Source of the DNA: Coriobacteriia bacterium
Lineage (GTDB): Bacteria; Actinomycetota; Coriobacteriia; Anaerosomatales; PHET01
NCBI GenBank assembly: GCA_035687245.1
Contig: DASRYH010000050.1
Span: forward strand, 13,820-77,819
Length of the DNA: 64,000 nucleotides
Direction: 5' to 3'
Shown here: positions 17,992 through 27,672 of the stretch, piece after piece
Layout: every line of letters begins with the position of its first letter
Position numbering within the stretch: position 1 is the stretch's first letter
The notes under the pieces: model-generated
What the model was told of the DNA's origin: nothing
Seen by the model: only the letters and a program-made list of their open reading frames with translations
The model's database searches: none
Made by a program: the position numbers and the translations under genes

Positions 17992-18897
17992 TTATCGCAG
18001 GCGCGCGCGAGGGTGCGTACTAACATATTCTTCCCGTACGTGACGCATATCCACGTGCGTATAGACCTGAGTCGTCGAAATATCCGAATGCCCCAGCATC
18101 TCCTGCAGCGCGCGCAGGTCAGCACCGCCCTCTAGCAGGTGCGTCGCGAACGAGTGCCGCAGCGTGTGAGGGTGCAGCCTTTCAATGCCCACGCGCTGCC
18201 CGTAGGTGCGAACAAGCGTGAACACGGACTGCCGTGAGATTCGGTTGCCGCGTGTGCTGAGAAAGACGGCCGATGCGGCCTGCGAGACGCTGCGGGCCTG
18301 CCGAAGGTGCGGCCTCCCCTGCTTGATGTAGGCGTCAAGCGCGTGCTGCGCCATGCCTGCAACAGGCACGAGCCTCTCCTTGCTGCCCTTCCCGAAGACG
18401 CGGATGAGGCCCTCTGAGAGGTTGAGGTCGAGCGTATCGAGTCCTACAAGCTCGCTCACGCGCATCCCGCAGCCATAGAGTGTCTCGACAATGGCCCGGT
18501 CACGCAGGCCGACCGGGCCATCAGGGAAGCGCTGCGACAGCAACCGGTCCGCGTCGTCGATCGAGATGACATCAGGCAGGCGCTCAGGCACCTTCGGCAG
18601 TGGCAGGCGCGCGCTCGGGTGGTTGCGGGTGATGCCCTCGCGCACGAGGAACTTGTGAAAGCCTTTGATCGCAGAGACTTTGCGCTCGACGGAGCTCGGC
18701 GCCAGCCCCGACGCATGCAGCGAGGCGACGAAGTCGGTGATGTCGTCGCGGGTCACGGCGTCCGGATTGGCGCGGCCGCGGGCCTCGAGGAATGCGACGT
18801 AGGCGTCAAGATCGCGCCGGTAAGCAGCGATCGTATTGGGCGACGAGCCGCGTTCGACTGTCAGGTGACCAAGGTATTCGGCGATGAGACTGTTCAC
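17992..18897 (-). CDS. xerD: site-specific tyrosine recombinase XerD
   Basis: Catalytic region reads LHPHTLRHSFATHLLEGGADLRALQEMLGHSDISTTQVYTHV. The ORF-track start (TTG 18930) lies inside the ald terminator hairpin, so GTG 18897 (VNSLIAEYLGHL..., about 301 aa) is preferred. Confidence 0.85.
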   Translation of the reverse strand: MNSLIAEYLGHLTVERGSSPNTIAAYRRDLDAYVAFLEARGRANPDAVTRDDITDFVASLHASGLAPSSVERKVSAIKGFHKFLVREGITRNHPSARLPLPKVPERLPDVISIDDADRLLSQRFPDGPVGLRDRAIVETLYGCGMRVSELVGLDTLDLNLSEGLIRVFGKGSKERLVPVAGMAQHALDAYIKQGRPHLRQARSVSQAASAVFLSTRGNRISRQSVFTLVRTYGQRVGIERLHPHTLRHSFATHLLEGGADLRALQEMLGHSDISTTQVYTHVDMRHVREEYVSTHPRARLR

Positions 18898-18915
18898 GGT
18901 CTCAGTATAGAGGCA

Positions 18916-18945
18916 GCGAGGCCGCCCCAAATGGGGCGGCCTCGC
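18916..18945 (-). terminator. stem-loop terminator downstream of ald
   Basis: Perfect 13-bp inverted repeat GCGAGGCCGCCCC-AAAT-GGGGCGGCCTCGC, 27 nt after the ald stop. The U-tract on the minus strand is only modest (CUGCCUCUAUACU). Confidence 0.6.
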
Positions 18946-18971
18946 GTGTTCTCGCTATCTGTGCAGGCTTC

Positions 18972-20087
18972 TTACGCGAGGAACTGCTCGAGAGGCGTGT
19001 AGTCGAGGCCGTGGACCTCGGCGACCTCCTTGTAGGTGACCTTGCCGTCGATGACGTTGGCACCCTTGGCGAGCGCTGCGTCGTCGGCGAGAGCCTGCTT
19101 CCAGCCCTTGTCGGCGATGGCCAGACCGTAGCGCAAAGTAGCGTTGGTAAGCGCCATCGTCGAGGTGTTGGGAACGGCGCCCGGCATGTTGGCGACACCG
19201 TAGTGCAGAACGTCGTCGACGAAGTAGATCGGGTCCGCGTGCGTCGTGGCGTGCGTGGTTTCGATGCAGCCACCCTGGTCGACAGAGACGTCGACGAGCA
19301 CGGCGCCCCTCTTCATGGTGGGGAGCATGTCCTTGGTGACCAGGAACGGCGTCTTGGCACCCGGCAGCAGCACGGCACCGATGACGAGGTCTGCGGTCTT
19401 CACGGCCTCGCGGACGTTGTGCTTGCTCGAGTACATCGTCGTGATCCGGTTGCCCCAGATCTCATCGAGGTAGCGCAGGCGGTCGAGGTTGACGTCGGCG
19501 ATCGTCACGCGAGCGCCCATGCCCATCGCAACGTAGGCGGCGTTGGTACCGACCACGCCGCCACCGAGAACGAGGACGTTGGCGGGAGCGACACCAGGAA
19601 CGCCACCCATCAAAACGCCACGGCCACCGTTCGGCTTCTGAAGGTAGGCAGCGCCCACCTGCGAGGCCATGCGGCCGGCGACCTCGGACATCGGAGCCAG
19701 CAGCGGAAGGCTGTGGTTCGGCAACTCGACCGTCTCGTAGGCGATGCAGACCGCGCCCGAGCCGATGAGACCCATCGTCTGCTCGTAGTCGGGAGCGAGG
19801 TGCAGATAGGTGTAGAGGATCTGGCCGGGGCGCAGGCGAGCGATCTCAACGGCCTGCGGCTCCTTGACCTTCACGATCATCTCAGCCGAAGCAAAGACCT
19901 CGTCGGCCGTGTCGACCATCTTCGCGCCGGCGCCGACGTATTCGGCATCCGTGAACGAAGAGCCTTCGCCAGCGGCCTTCTCGACCAGAACGCTGTGGCC
20001 ATGGGCCACGAACTCGGCGACGCCGGCCGGCGTCATGCCGACACGAAACTCGTTGTTCTTGATCTCCTTGGGTACTCCGACGATCAC
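18972..20087 (-). CDS. ald: alanine dehydrogenase
   Basis: From GTG 20087 (GGGAG RBS 8 nt upstream) it reads [23 protein letters not shown]..., the canonical Ald N-terminus, with the NAD fold [14 protein letters not shown]. The 42-aa Arg-rich extension in the ORF track is rejected. Confidence 0.92.
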   Translation of the reverse strand: MIVGVPKEIKNNEFRVGMTPAGVAEFVAHGHSVLVEKAAGEGSSFTDAEYVGAGAKMVDTADEVFASAEMIVKVKEPQAVEIARLRPGQILYTYLHLAPDYEQTMGLIGSGAVCIAYETVELPNHSLPLLAPMSEVAGRMASQVGAAYLQKPNGGRGVLMGGVPGVAPANVLVLGGGVVGTNAAYVAMGMGARVTIADVNLDRLRYLDEIWGNRITTMYSSKHNVREAVKTADLVIGAVLLPGAKTPFLVTKDMLPTMKRGAVLVDVSVDQGGCIETTHATTHADPIYFVDDVLHYGVANMPGAVPNTSTMALTNATLRYGLAIADKGWKQALADDAALAKGANVIDGKVTYKEVAEVHGLDYTPLEQFLA

Positions 20088-20270
20088 CTTTCGGCTCCCT
20101 TCGTGCGCGCCTCTCGCGGCGCGGTCGGGTCTCGACTGCCGCCCTGTCGATATGCAGGGGCGGCGACTGCTTGCAAACCTCTGACAGTGTACCGCCCTGA
20201 ATGGGGTGCGCAATGCCCGAAATGCATGGTCTCAATCGCGTATTGCATAAGAAAACGCCGATTTGAGCAC

Positions 20271-21347
20271 CTAGGGGTGTATGCGAGATGCAATCTCTCC
20301 GGCGGCGAAGGCGGCCGCGAAGAAGGCCGGGTCGTCGGCCGATCCACGTCCCATAGTGGTCACGCGAACCCCCTGCATCGGCGGTGCATCGACCGTACCC
20401 TCAGGCGAGGTGACCAGTGTATGTCTCGCCTCGACGCCCGCCTTGAGAAGACCTTCGGCTATGGCATCGGAATATTCTGCTGAAAGAGTGGGAACCGCCA
20501 CAATGGCAGGCGCGAGAGCGACCTTGGTGAGCGCGGCCAGCGTGTGGTGGCTGACTCCGCGGTGGCGCTCGCGCGCATCGGCGAACGAGACACGCAGGCA
20601 GGCGACGGGCTGTCCGCCCAACGAAGCGACCGCATTGATCGCCTCACCTTGCGCGACACCACCGTGTCCGAAGGGCGTCGATGTTCCCGCAACGCCCGGA
20701 CCGATGGCGACGATCGCGACGTCAGCTCCGGCAACGTGCCGAGCGGCAAGTAGACCCGAGTGCAGGTTCACGGCTTCAAGCTCCCCGCCGAACGCCTGCC
20801 CACACGTGATCGTGGTATCGATGAGGCTCGCTGCGCAAGACGCGACGATCACCTCAGAGAGTGCGAGGGGCAACGCCGCACCGTCAGTCGCGCAGTAGGC
20901 AACGCGCGCGTCGGGGCGTGCTCGCTTGACGGCAGCGGCGACGAGAGGCACTTGGCTGTGAAGCCCGCAGCAGACGACGGGCATCCCGTCGAGGGAGTCC
21001 GCTGCGGCCATGATCTCGTGTGAAGGTGACTCCGGCGCCTCGACAGCCATGACGTCGAGCTGCAACGGCGTGTAGCGCAGCTTCATGATGTGCCCACCGC
21101 TGGGAGCGTCGAGCGCGATGCCATCACTCCCCTGCCGCGCCACGACGAAGTGGCTGCCACCGGTGCCGAGTCCGAGCTCGACCGCCGTGGTGTTGAGCAG
21201 CACACGGTCGCCTTCGGCGCAGATACCGGCCAAAGCAGGGTAGTTGAGCGCGGTTCCCGCCTCGCCCGTATCCAACTCGACGGTGAGCTTCTGCAGATCA
21301 TCACGCGCCGAATCGACCGCGACGACCGTGCCCCAAACGAGCTTCAC
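20271..21347 (-). CDS. DUF3866-like conserved hypothetical protein
   Basis: 358 aa. The N-terminal beta region followed by NTTAVELGLGTGGSHFVV matches my recollection of DUF3866. GTGA overlap with the upstream M20 gene. Confidence 0.6.
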   Translation of the reverse strand: MKLVWGTVVAVDSARDDLQKLTVELDTGEAGTALNYPALAGICAEGDRVLLNTTAVELGLGTGGSHFVVARQGSDGIALDAPSGGHIMKLRYTPLQLDVMAVEAPESPSHEIMAAADSLDGMPVVCCGLHSQVPLVAAAVKRARPDARVAYCATDGAALPLALSEVIVASCAASLIDTTITCGQAFGGELEAVNLHSGLLAARHVAGADVAIVAIGPGVAGTSTPFGHGGVAQGEAINAVASLGGQPVACLRVSFADARERHRGVSHHTLAALTKVALAPAIVAVPTLSAEYSDAIAEGLLKAGVEARHTLVTSPEGTVDAPPMQGVRVTTMGRGSADDPAFFAAAFAAGEIASRIHP

Positions 21348-22477
21348 CGCGCCTCACCCGCCTCGGGTTCAAGGCGTAGCGCGACGGCCACGGTCAGCTC
21401 CACGAGTGCCTCGAGATCATGTATGGCTATACGCTCGTCGACTCCGTGTACGTGCAGCATGCCGCACGAAAGCGCGAGTGTGGGCACGCCCTTGCCCGCG
21501 AAGATGTTCGCGTCGGAGCCACCACCGGTCGTGCGAAGGCTCGCTTCAAGTCCGGTGTCGTGGCACGCCGCCTCCAGCGCAAGCACCGCGCCGGAGTCCA
21601 GCGGGATTCCGAAGCCTTCGTACTCGCATGTCCACACGACGTCGGCGCTGCCGCCAGCGCGCGCTGCGGCATCCTCCATCGTCTTCTCCATCGCTTTGCG
21701 TACCTCTTCGACGCGCTCACGGTTCAGAGAGCGGCACTCACCCGTGATGACGACCTTCGGAGTGATGACGTTGGTCGCGTTCCCGCCTTGAATGCTGCCC
21801 ACGTTGGCGGTGGTCTCGTCGTCCAGCCTTCCAATTCGCATGTTGCTGATCGCGTCTGCCGCAATCGCAATTGCGGAGATTCCCTGCTCAGGGGCTACGC
21901 CCGCGTGCGCGGCTCGCCCCTCGAAGAGCGCATCAAAGGTGAAGTGCGTCGGCGCGCCCACGATGATGCCGCCCACCGGGCCTTCGGCGTCGAGCACGAG
22001 GCACAGGTCGCATCCGAGCTCGTCGGCATGCACGTGCTTGGCACCCCGCAGCCCGACCTCTTCTTGCACGGTGAAGACGCAGCGCACGGTCGGGCGGTCA
22101 CTCCCGCGTTCTGCAAGGCGGCGTACGCACTCGATCGAGGCGGCCAGTCCCGCCTTGTCGTCGGCACCCAGAACCGTCTCGCCTTCGCTCACGACGTAGC
22201 CGTCCTCGATGCGAGGCACGACGCCGCGGCCCGGCTCGACAGTATCCAGATGGGCCGAGAGGATCAGCACCGCCGGGCGGTCGCCGGGAAGCTCCGCAAT
22301 CAGGTTGCCCGTATTGGAGCCGGTGCGCGAGGCGCTATCGTCGAAGCGCACGTCGCAGCCGGCGGCCGCGAGCTGCTCGGCGCAGTACGCCGCACAGCTC
22401 GCCTCCTCGCCAGAGGGGCTGTCGATCTGCACCAGCTCGAGGAAGGTCGCGAGAAGCCGTTCATTACGGTCGTTCAC
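21344..22477 (-). CDS. M20-family metallopeptidase (peptidase T / tripeptidase-like)
   Basis: Contains LELVQIDSPSGEE, SAHLDTVEPG, ADDKAG and FTVQEEVGLRGAK, the M20 metal-ligand motifs. GTG 22477 (RBS AGGGGG) is preferred over the track start at 22528, which overlaps pyrG. Confidence 0.8.
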   Translation of the reverse strand: MNDRNERLLATFLELVQIDSPSGEEASCAAYCAEQLAAAGCDVRFDDSASRTGSNTGNLIAELPGDRPAVLILSAHLDTVEPGRGVVPRIEDGYVVSEGETVLGADDKAGLAASIECVRRLAERGSDRPTVRCVFTVQEEVGLRGAKHVHADELGCDLCLVLDAEGPVGGIIVGAPTHFTFDALFEGRAAHAGVAPEQGISAIAIAADAISNMRIGRLDDETTANVGSIQGGNATNVITPKVVITGECRSLNRERVEEVRKAMEKTMEDAAARAGGSADVVWTCEYEGFGIPLDSGAVLALEAACHDTGLEASLRTTGGGSDANIFAGKGVPTLALSCGMLHVHGVDERIAIHDLEALVELTVAVALRLEPEAGEAR

Positions 22478-22496
22478 GCTGCGACCCCCTGATTGC

Positions 22497-24104
22497 TTAA
22501 CGTGCGTGCTTGAATGCGACGGCGGCACCGATGAAGTCGCGGAAGAGCGGCGCGGGACGCGTCGGGCGGCTCTTGAACTCCGGGTGACCCTGGTTGCCCA
22601 AGAACCAGGGGTGGTCCGGCAGCTCGACCATCTCGACCAGCTTGCCGTCTGGGGACAGGCCGCTGATGACCAGACCGGCCTCGGTCAGGCGCTCGCGGTA
22701 CGCGTTGTTGACCTCGAAGCGATGACGGTGGCGCTCGTAGATGACCTCTTCGCCGTAGGCCTCGAAGCCCTTGGTGGCTGGGATGACCTTGCAGGGGTAT
22801 GCGCCGAGACGCATCGTGCCGCCCATGTCAGCGACGTCCTGCTGGTCGCGCATGAGGTCGATGACCGGATGCTCGGTGACCGGGTCGAACTCGCTGGAGT
22901 TGGCGCCGTCCAGCCCCGCGACGTGGCGGGCGAACTCGGCGACCGCCACCTGCATGCCCAGACAGATGCCGAAGTAGGGAACCTTCCCTTCACGAGCATA
23001 GCGGGCCGCGCGGATCTTGCCTTCGATGCCGCGGATGCCGAAGCCGCCGGGCACGAGGATTCCGTCCATCGAGGCAAGCACCTGATCGACCTCTTCGGGA
23101 GTGAGCGACTCGGCATCGACCCAGTGCACATTGACCTTGTGATCGTGGAAGATGCCTGCGTGCTCGAGCGCCTCATTCACCGACAGATACGCGTCGGGAA
23201 GCTGGACGTACTTGCCCACCAGTGCGATATCGACCTCGTCGGGCAGAGCTGCCGCATGGGCAACAAATGCGTCCCACTCGCTCATGTCGGGAGCGCCGCA
23301 CTCCAGCGTCAGCCGCTCGATCACCATCTCGTCGAGCTGCTGCGCGCGCAGGTTCTCGGGGACCTCGTAGATCGAGCGGGCGTCGATGGCAGAGACCACG
23401 GCCCTGGGATCGACGTCGCAGAACAGCGCGATCTTTCGGCGAATCGAGGCATCGATGGGCCGATCGCTTCGGCAGACGATGAAGTCAGGCTGGATACCGA
23501 TGCTGCGAAGCTCCTTGACGGAGTGCTGCGTCGGCTTGGTCTTGAGCTCTGAGGACGCTCCGATCCACGGGACGAGCGTAACGTGGATGTAGCAGACGTT
23601 GTCGCGGCCCTTGTCCTTGCGCATCTGGCGGATGGCCTCGAGGAACGGCAGCGACTCGATGTCGCCCACCGTACCGCCGACCTCGGTGATGATGACGTCG
23701 GGCTGGGTCTGTTCCGCGAGCCGATTCATACGGTCTTTGATCTCGTTGGTGACGTGCGGAATGATCTGCACGGTGCCGCCGAGGAAGTCGCCGCGGCGCT
23801 CCTTGGTGATGAGCGTCTGGTAGACCGAGCCCTGCGTGACGTTACAGTCGCGGGAGAGCGACTCATCGATGAAGCGCTCGTAGTGCCCGAGATCGAGGTC
23901 GGTCTCTCCCCCATCATCGGTCACGAAGACCTCGCCGTGCTGGAACGGGCTCATCGTGCCGGGATCGACGTTCAGGTACGGGTCGAGCTTCTGGATCGTC
24001 ACTTTGAGGCCGCGCGACTTGAGCAGCCGGCCGAGCGAAGCGGCGGTGATGCCCTTGCCTAGCGAAGAGACGACGCCTCCGGTCACGAAGATGTGCTTGG
24101 TCAT
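22497..24104 (-). CDS. pyrG: CTP synthase
   Basis: 535 aa. [19 protein letters not shown]..., and a GATase domain with GICLGMQ and HRHRFEVN. Confidence 0.97.
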   Translation of the reverse strand: MTKHIFVTGGVVSSLGKGITAASLGRLLKSRGLKVTIQKLDPYLNVDPGTMSPFQHGEVFVTDDGGETDLDLGHYERFIDESLSRDCNVTQGSVYQTLITKERRGDFLGGTVQIIPHVTNEIKDRMNRLAEQTQPDVIITEVGGTVGDIESLPFLEAIRQMRKDKGRDNVCYIHVTLVPWIGASSELKTKPTQHSVKELRSIGIQPDFIVCRSDRPIDASIRRKIALFCDVDPRAVVSAIDARSIYEVPENLRAQQLDEMVIERLTLECGAPDMSEWDAFVAHAAALPDEVDIALVGKYVQLPDAYLSVNEALEHAGIFHDHKVNVHWVDAESLTPEEVDQVLASMDGILVPGGFGIRGIEGKIRAARYAREGKVPYFGICLGMQVAVAEFARHVAGLDGANSSEFDPVTEHPVIDLMRDQQDVADMGGTMRLGAYPCKVIPATKGFEAYGEEVIYERHRHRFEVNNAYRERLTEAGLVISGLSPDGKLVEMVELPDHPWFLGNQGHPEFKSRPTRPAPLFRDFIGAAVAFKHAR

Positions 24105-24153
24105 AAGGCCCGAGTCAGCTCCCTTTCTTAGTTTGTGTTGCCCCGAGGCGATT

Positions 24154-25155
24154 CTACTCGGGGTTGGTATCCGTGGGTGGACAAGTTTCGTTGATTTCAG
24201 ACGACAGCTCGTCTTGCGGCAGCCGGCCTATGTCGTCGATGCGAGAAAGCAGCCGCGACGCGGCTATCACCTTCGAGAACGAGACCTTCTCGCTCGCGAG
24301 GTTCAGGCCGAAGATCACGACGAAGTAGACGGCGAGCGCCCATAGCGGCAAACCGGCGACGATGAGGAGGCCGGCCACGGCCCCCATCGGGTTGGCCCCG
24401 GCGTCTCCAAGCATGCCGCGCTCGCCCAGGTCGTAGCGCCACACGGCAATCACGGGGCCAAGCGCGAACAAGAGCAGCGCGGCCACGTCGATCACGCGAC
24501 TTGCTAGCGAAGTGTCGAAGGCGCGTGCATTCGCGCCGAAGAGAAGCGCGGTAGACAGCACGCCGAAGACCGCAAGCACCGAGTAGACCTTCAGCGCCCG
24601 GCCCGGTCTCAGGTCGGTGAGGTTCACGAAGTTGGATGTGAGAGCGATCGATGCGCCCGCGAGCAGCCCCAGACCCAGCTTGGTGAACGCACCGGGAAGT
24701 CCCGCAGCAGTGACAGTGCCCCATGGCGCGAGCTCCTCGATCACCAGCGCGACGATGAGGCTCGCAAGGCTCAGGCCGAACAACTTCATGCCTCCGGTGG
24801 TAAGCCGGCCGGCCAGCAGTGCCTTGATGTGCCCTTTGAAGCCGCGAGCGTCCGCCGTGCCGTATGCGTCGTCAACGGCACCCAGAGCGAAGGCGACGAG
24901 AGCGAGCGGTCCGGCGAGCAGAAGGATCCTGATGACTGAGCGACCAGCGATCAGCTCGGGTGCGACGCCGGCGATCATGGCCGAACCCGCCCACAGCAGC
25001 CACGCCACTCCCAGCCCGTAGAAGACCTTTCGGCCGCGGTAGTTGGTGACAAGCGCCTTGGACGAGGATTCGAGCGAGGGTACGAGCAGTGCGATACCTG
25101 CTGCGGGGACACCTATCCCCAGGAGGAGAGCGGCGGCGATAACGACGCCTCTCAC
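24154..25155 (-). CDS. glycosyltransferase family 4 (MraY/WecA-like polyprenyl-phosphate sugar-1-phosphate transferase)
   Basis: 333-aa polytopic ORF with GAVDDAYG and [15 protein letters not shown] motifs typical of the MraY/WecA superfamily. GTGA overlap with the upstream 777-aa gene. Confidence 0.78.
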   Translation of the reverse strand: MRGVVIAAALLLGIGVPAAGIALLVPSLESSSKALVTNYRGRKVFYGLGVAWLLWAGSAMIAGVAPELIAGRSVIRILLLAGPLALVAFALGAVDDAYGTADARGFKGHIKALLAGRLTTGGMKLFGLSLASLIVALVIEELAPWGTVTAAGLPGAFTKLGLGLLAGASIALTSNFVNLTDLRPGRALKVYSVLAVFGVLSTALLFGANARAFDTSLASRVIDVAALLLFALGPVIAVWRYDLGERGMLGDAGANPMGAVAGLLIVAGLPLWALAVYFVVIFGLNLASEKVSFSKVIAASRLLSRIDDIGRLPQDELSSEINETCPPTDTNPE

Positions 25156-27485
25156 CGTGTACTCTCTTGGTCGCTACCGGCCTCTTCGGCAGCTTGTATG
25201 CCGTTCACGCTGGTGAGCATCACCCACACGAGAGCGACGCCGATGTAGAAAACCTCGAGTGCCGGGATGACGATCCCGGAGTCCTCCGTGAAGTACGCGA
25301 CCATACCCGCGACGAGCGAGACGGTGATCGCATCTGCGAAGTCGGGATTGCGCGTTAGCGTTGAGGCGAAGTCACCCTGCGGGCGCCAGCGCATGAAGCC
25401 CAGAAACGCCAGCATCGCGACGAGGATGTAGGACCAGTTGGTGCGAGTCAGCACGCGGGCGTTGGTTGCGGCCTTGCGGGCGATGATGATCCACAGCTCG
25501 CCGAGGCCGCCCTTCTCCGCCGAAGTGAGTGCGCGCGCCAGATGCGTCTGCTGCCCGCCGCCGAACATGTCGATTGCGGCGAAGCCCGCGATGATCACTA
25601 CGACCGCCACGAACAGCCAGAAGACGAGCTTCCAGCTCACGTGATTGCCGTTCATCAGTACCCAGGCTAGACCGAAGCCTACGACGCCCCAGATAGCGAC
25701 GCCCACGTTGGCGCCCCAGAAGGGAGCGGCGGCTGTCGCGATGACGACCGCACCGAACGCCGGGATGCCGAAGCGCTTGAGGTAGCGGATCGCGGTCGAG
25801 TCCGGCCACTCGTCGAAGATGAGGGCCATGCCTGCTACCGAGGCGCCGAAGACGATGGCGGCCGCCTCGTTGCCCATGCCGTAGAAGCGGGCGGCGAGTA
25901 GAGGCGAGTAGCCGAAGAAGTTAGTGAACGAGAACGGCGCGCCGAGCCACTGATCGACGAGGATGACGCCGACCGTCAGCAGCGACAGCACGGCGACTGG
26001 GACGCGCATGGCTGCCTTCCACCACAGAAGCAGCCCGATGGCCCACACGACAGCAGTCGTCACCAGCAAACCGATGATGGCTTCGGCAGCCGTCGACGGC
26101 CAGCGCAGCCAAGCGAAGGTCAGCCAGCTGGATACCGGTACCGCGAGCACGAGCAGGAGCGCACCTTTGAGCGTGACCGTCCAGAAGTCGCGGAAGCGTC
26201 GGCTCCAGGAGCGAGAACGCACGAGCACGAACGTCGCGATCGCGATCACCACAACGGTGAGCCCCACGAATCCGTTCACGACACCCGGCTTCGCGTCGTC
26301 GATCGCAACGGCCGTCGCATTCATTCGCGCGAGTTGAGCGGCCCGAGCGTCGGTCGTGGCACTTGTCGAGACCGAATGCATCTCGTTGCCGATGACCTGC
26401 ACCGGCCGGTCGATCCCAAGCGCGTCGAGCGCAGTGGCGGTCACATCAAGGTCGGTGACAACGCCAGTGCGCTGAGTGGAGCTGGACTCGACGTAGCCCT
26501 TCCAGCCTTGCCCTGCAATGACGATCGGGCCCATGCCCTCTGTCTCGCCGGTGACCGGGTCGCCGGTCGACTGAGAGACGACCATGATGGTCGCGTCGCC
26601 GAAGGACTCGCGCGCCATTCCCACGACGCCATCGAGCGTCTTGAGTGCGCGTGCGCGCTGCTTCTCGGCGATCTGGTCTGTGACCTGAGTCGAGAACTTG
26701 ACTGCGCGATAGGAGTCGCCCGGGTCAAGCACGACGAGCGCAGGCTTGTCACTCGCCTTCACGGTGGCGGCCACCTTTGTGAGGCGCTCGCCGAATCGCT
26801 CCATATTGGTCTGGATGCCGAAGGGTGCGTGTGGGTCCTCTTCAACGAGGCGGGCAGACACGTCGCCGAGCTGGACGAGGCCGTCGGAGTTCATCGCAGC
26901 GAGCGCAGCCGGACGGATGCGCCGCTGCTCTGCGGTCGTGTACCCGATGTCGGAGTTGCCGATCGCGGCGGTTATCCCGCCGGCCTTCTCCACGGCACTG
27001 CCGAGAGTGCCGAGCGTGACTTCAGAAGCGCGGTCGGCGTTGAGCCGCTCGGTCATGGGAAGGCCGAGGAATACCACGGCGTTGCTTCCGACCTTGTCGC
27101 CGGTCGTGCGCTCGAACGCTTCGCCCGCCGTTCCGACCTCGTAGCTCTCCCATGCGTTGTAGGCACCGGCCGCAACCGTGGAGTGGACCGCCCACGCACC
27201 AGCCGAGATCGAAAGCGCACCTTCGAGCGGGGACGCGGGGTCGCCGGGCAAGCGGACGCGGCTGCGCGCGTTGACCTCGCCAAGAGCACCGTCTTCGGCA
27301 AGTGCCCACAGCTGCGGCGTCGTCTGAGCGGAGAGATCTCCCCAGCCAAGGTAGGGAGCGAGGATGATGACCACCTTGCGGGCGGGAGCTGGTGCGGCCT
27401 CGGCATGTGAGGAGTGGCCTGCCCACGCCGCGATACACGCGGCGATCAGCACGACTGTCGCGAGAGCTCGTTTCATCCGGGCCAA
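25152..27485 (-). CDS. 777-aa envelope protein: signal peptide + alkaline-phosphatase-superfamily-like ectodomain + C-terminal polytopic membrane domain (hypothetical)
   Basis: Signal peptide MARMKRALATVVLIAACIAAWAGHSSHAEA. KVVIILAPYLGWGDL near the N-terminus and TGVVTDLDVTATALDALGI near aa 340 resemble the first strand and the C-terminal motif of AP/sulfatase-fold domains. About 10 predicted TM helices follow from aa 400. Confidence 0.7.
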   Translation of the reverse strand: MARMKRALATVVLIAACIAAWAGHSSHAEAAPAPARKVVIILAPYLGWGDLSAQTTPQLWALAEDGALGEVNARSRVRLPGDPASPLEGALSISAGAWAVHSTVAAGAYNAWESYEVGTAGEAFERTTGDKVGSNAVVFLGLPMTERLNADRASEVTLGTLGSAVEKAGGITAAIGNSDIGYTTAEQRRIRPAALAAMNSDGLVQLGDVSARLVEEDPHAPFGIQTNMERFGERLTKVAATVKASDKPALVVLDPGDSYRAVKFSTQVTDQIAEKQRARALKTLDGVVGMARESFGDATIMVVSQSTGDPVTGETEGMGPIVIAGQGWKGYVESSSTQRTGVVTDLDVTATALDALGIDRPVQVIGNEMHSVSTSATTDARAAQLARMNATAVAIDDAKPGVVNGFVGLTVVVIAIATFVLVRSRSWSRRFRDFWTVTLKGALLLVLAVPVSSWLTFAWLRWPSTAAEAIIGLLVTTAVVWAIGLLLWWKAAMRVPVAVLSLLTVGVILVDQWLGAPFSFTNFFGYSPLLAARFYGMGNEAAAIVFGASVAGMALIFDEWPDSTAIRYLKRFGIPAFGAVVIATAAAPFWGANVGVAIWGVVGFGLAWVLMNGNHVSWKLVFWLFVAVVVIIAGFAAIDMFGGGQQTHLARALTSAEKGGLGELWIIIARKAATNARVLTRTNWSYILVAMLAFLGFMRWRPQGDFASTLTRNPDFADAITVSLVAGMVAYFTEDSGIVIPALEVFYIGVALVWVMLTSVNGIQAAEEAGSDQESTR

Positions 27486-27672
27486 TGATAGCGGAAAGAT
27501 GCGTCAAGACGTTGACGGAAACCTTACGCCTCCCCTGCGCCTGCCTGCGCGGCGCACGCTCGGGTTACACTTTGAGCCGCCGAACACGGACGCGCGCAAG
27601 CGCGTGAAGCCGAAGGGACCACCCATCAGCCAGTCCTCGTCCAACCCGTCAATCGCGCGATCGACTGCACTG

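Noticed and set aside
17992-18897. Tyrosine recombinase considered as the integrase of a mobile element or island.
   Set aside because: The sequence and length fit chromosomal XerD. It sits in the conserved pyrG...xerD neighbourhood. I saw no flanking tRNA, direct repeats, phage genes or compositional shift.
20088-20270. Possible riboswitch or leader upstream of ald (183-nt gap with several GC hairpins and an AT-rich patch).
   Set aside because: I could not match it to any riboswitch class I know, and the hairpins are short and generic for high-GC DNA. It would need a covariance-model scan to revisit.
24151-24156. TAGAAT hexamer overlapping the GT4 stop codon, considered as a pyrG promoter -10, together with a possible pyrG leader attenuator.
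   Set aside because: There is no acceptable -35, and the 49-nt leader has no clear terminator/antiterminator alternative structures.
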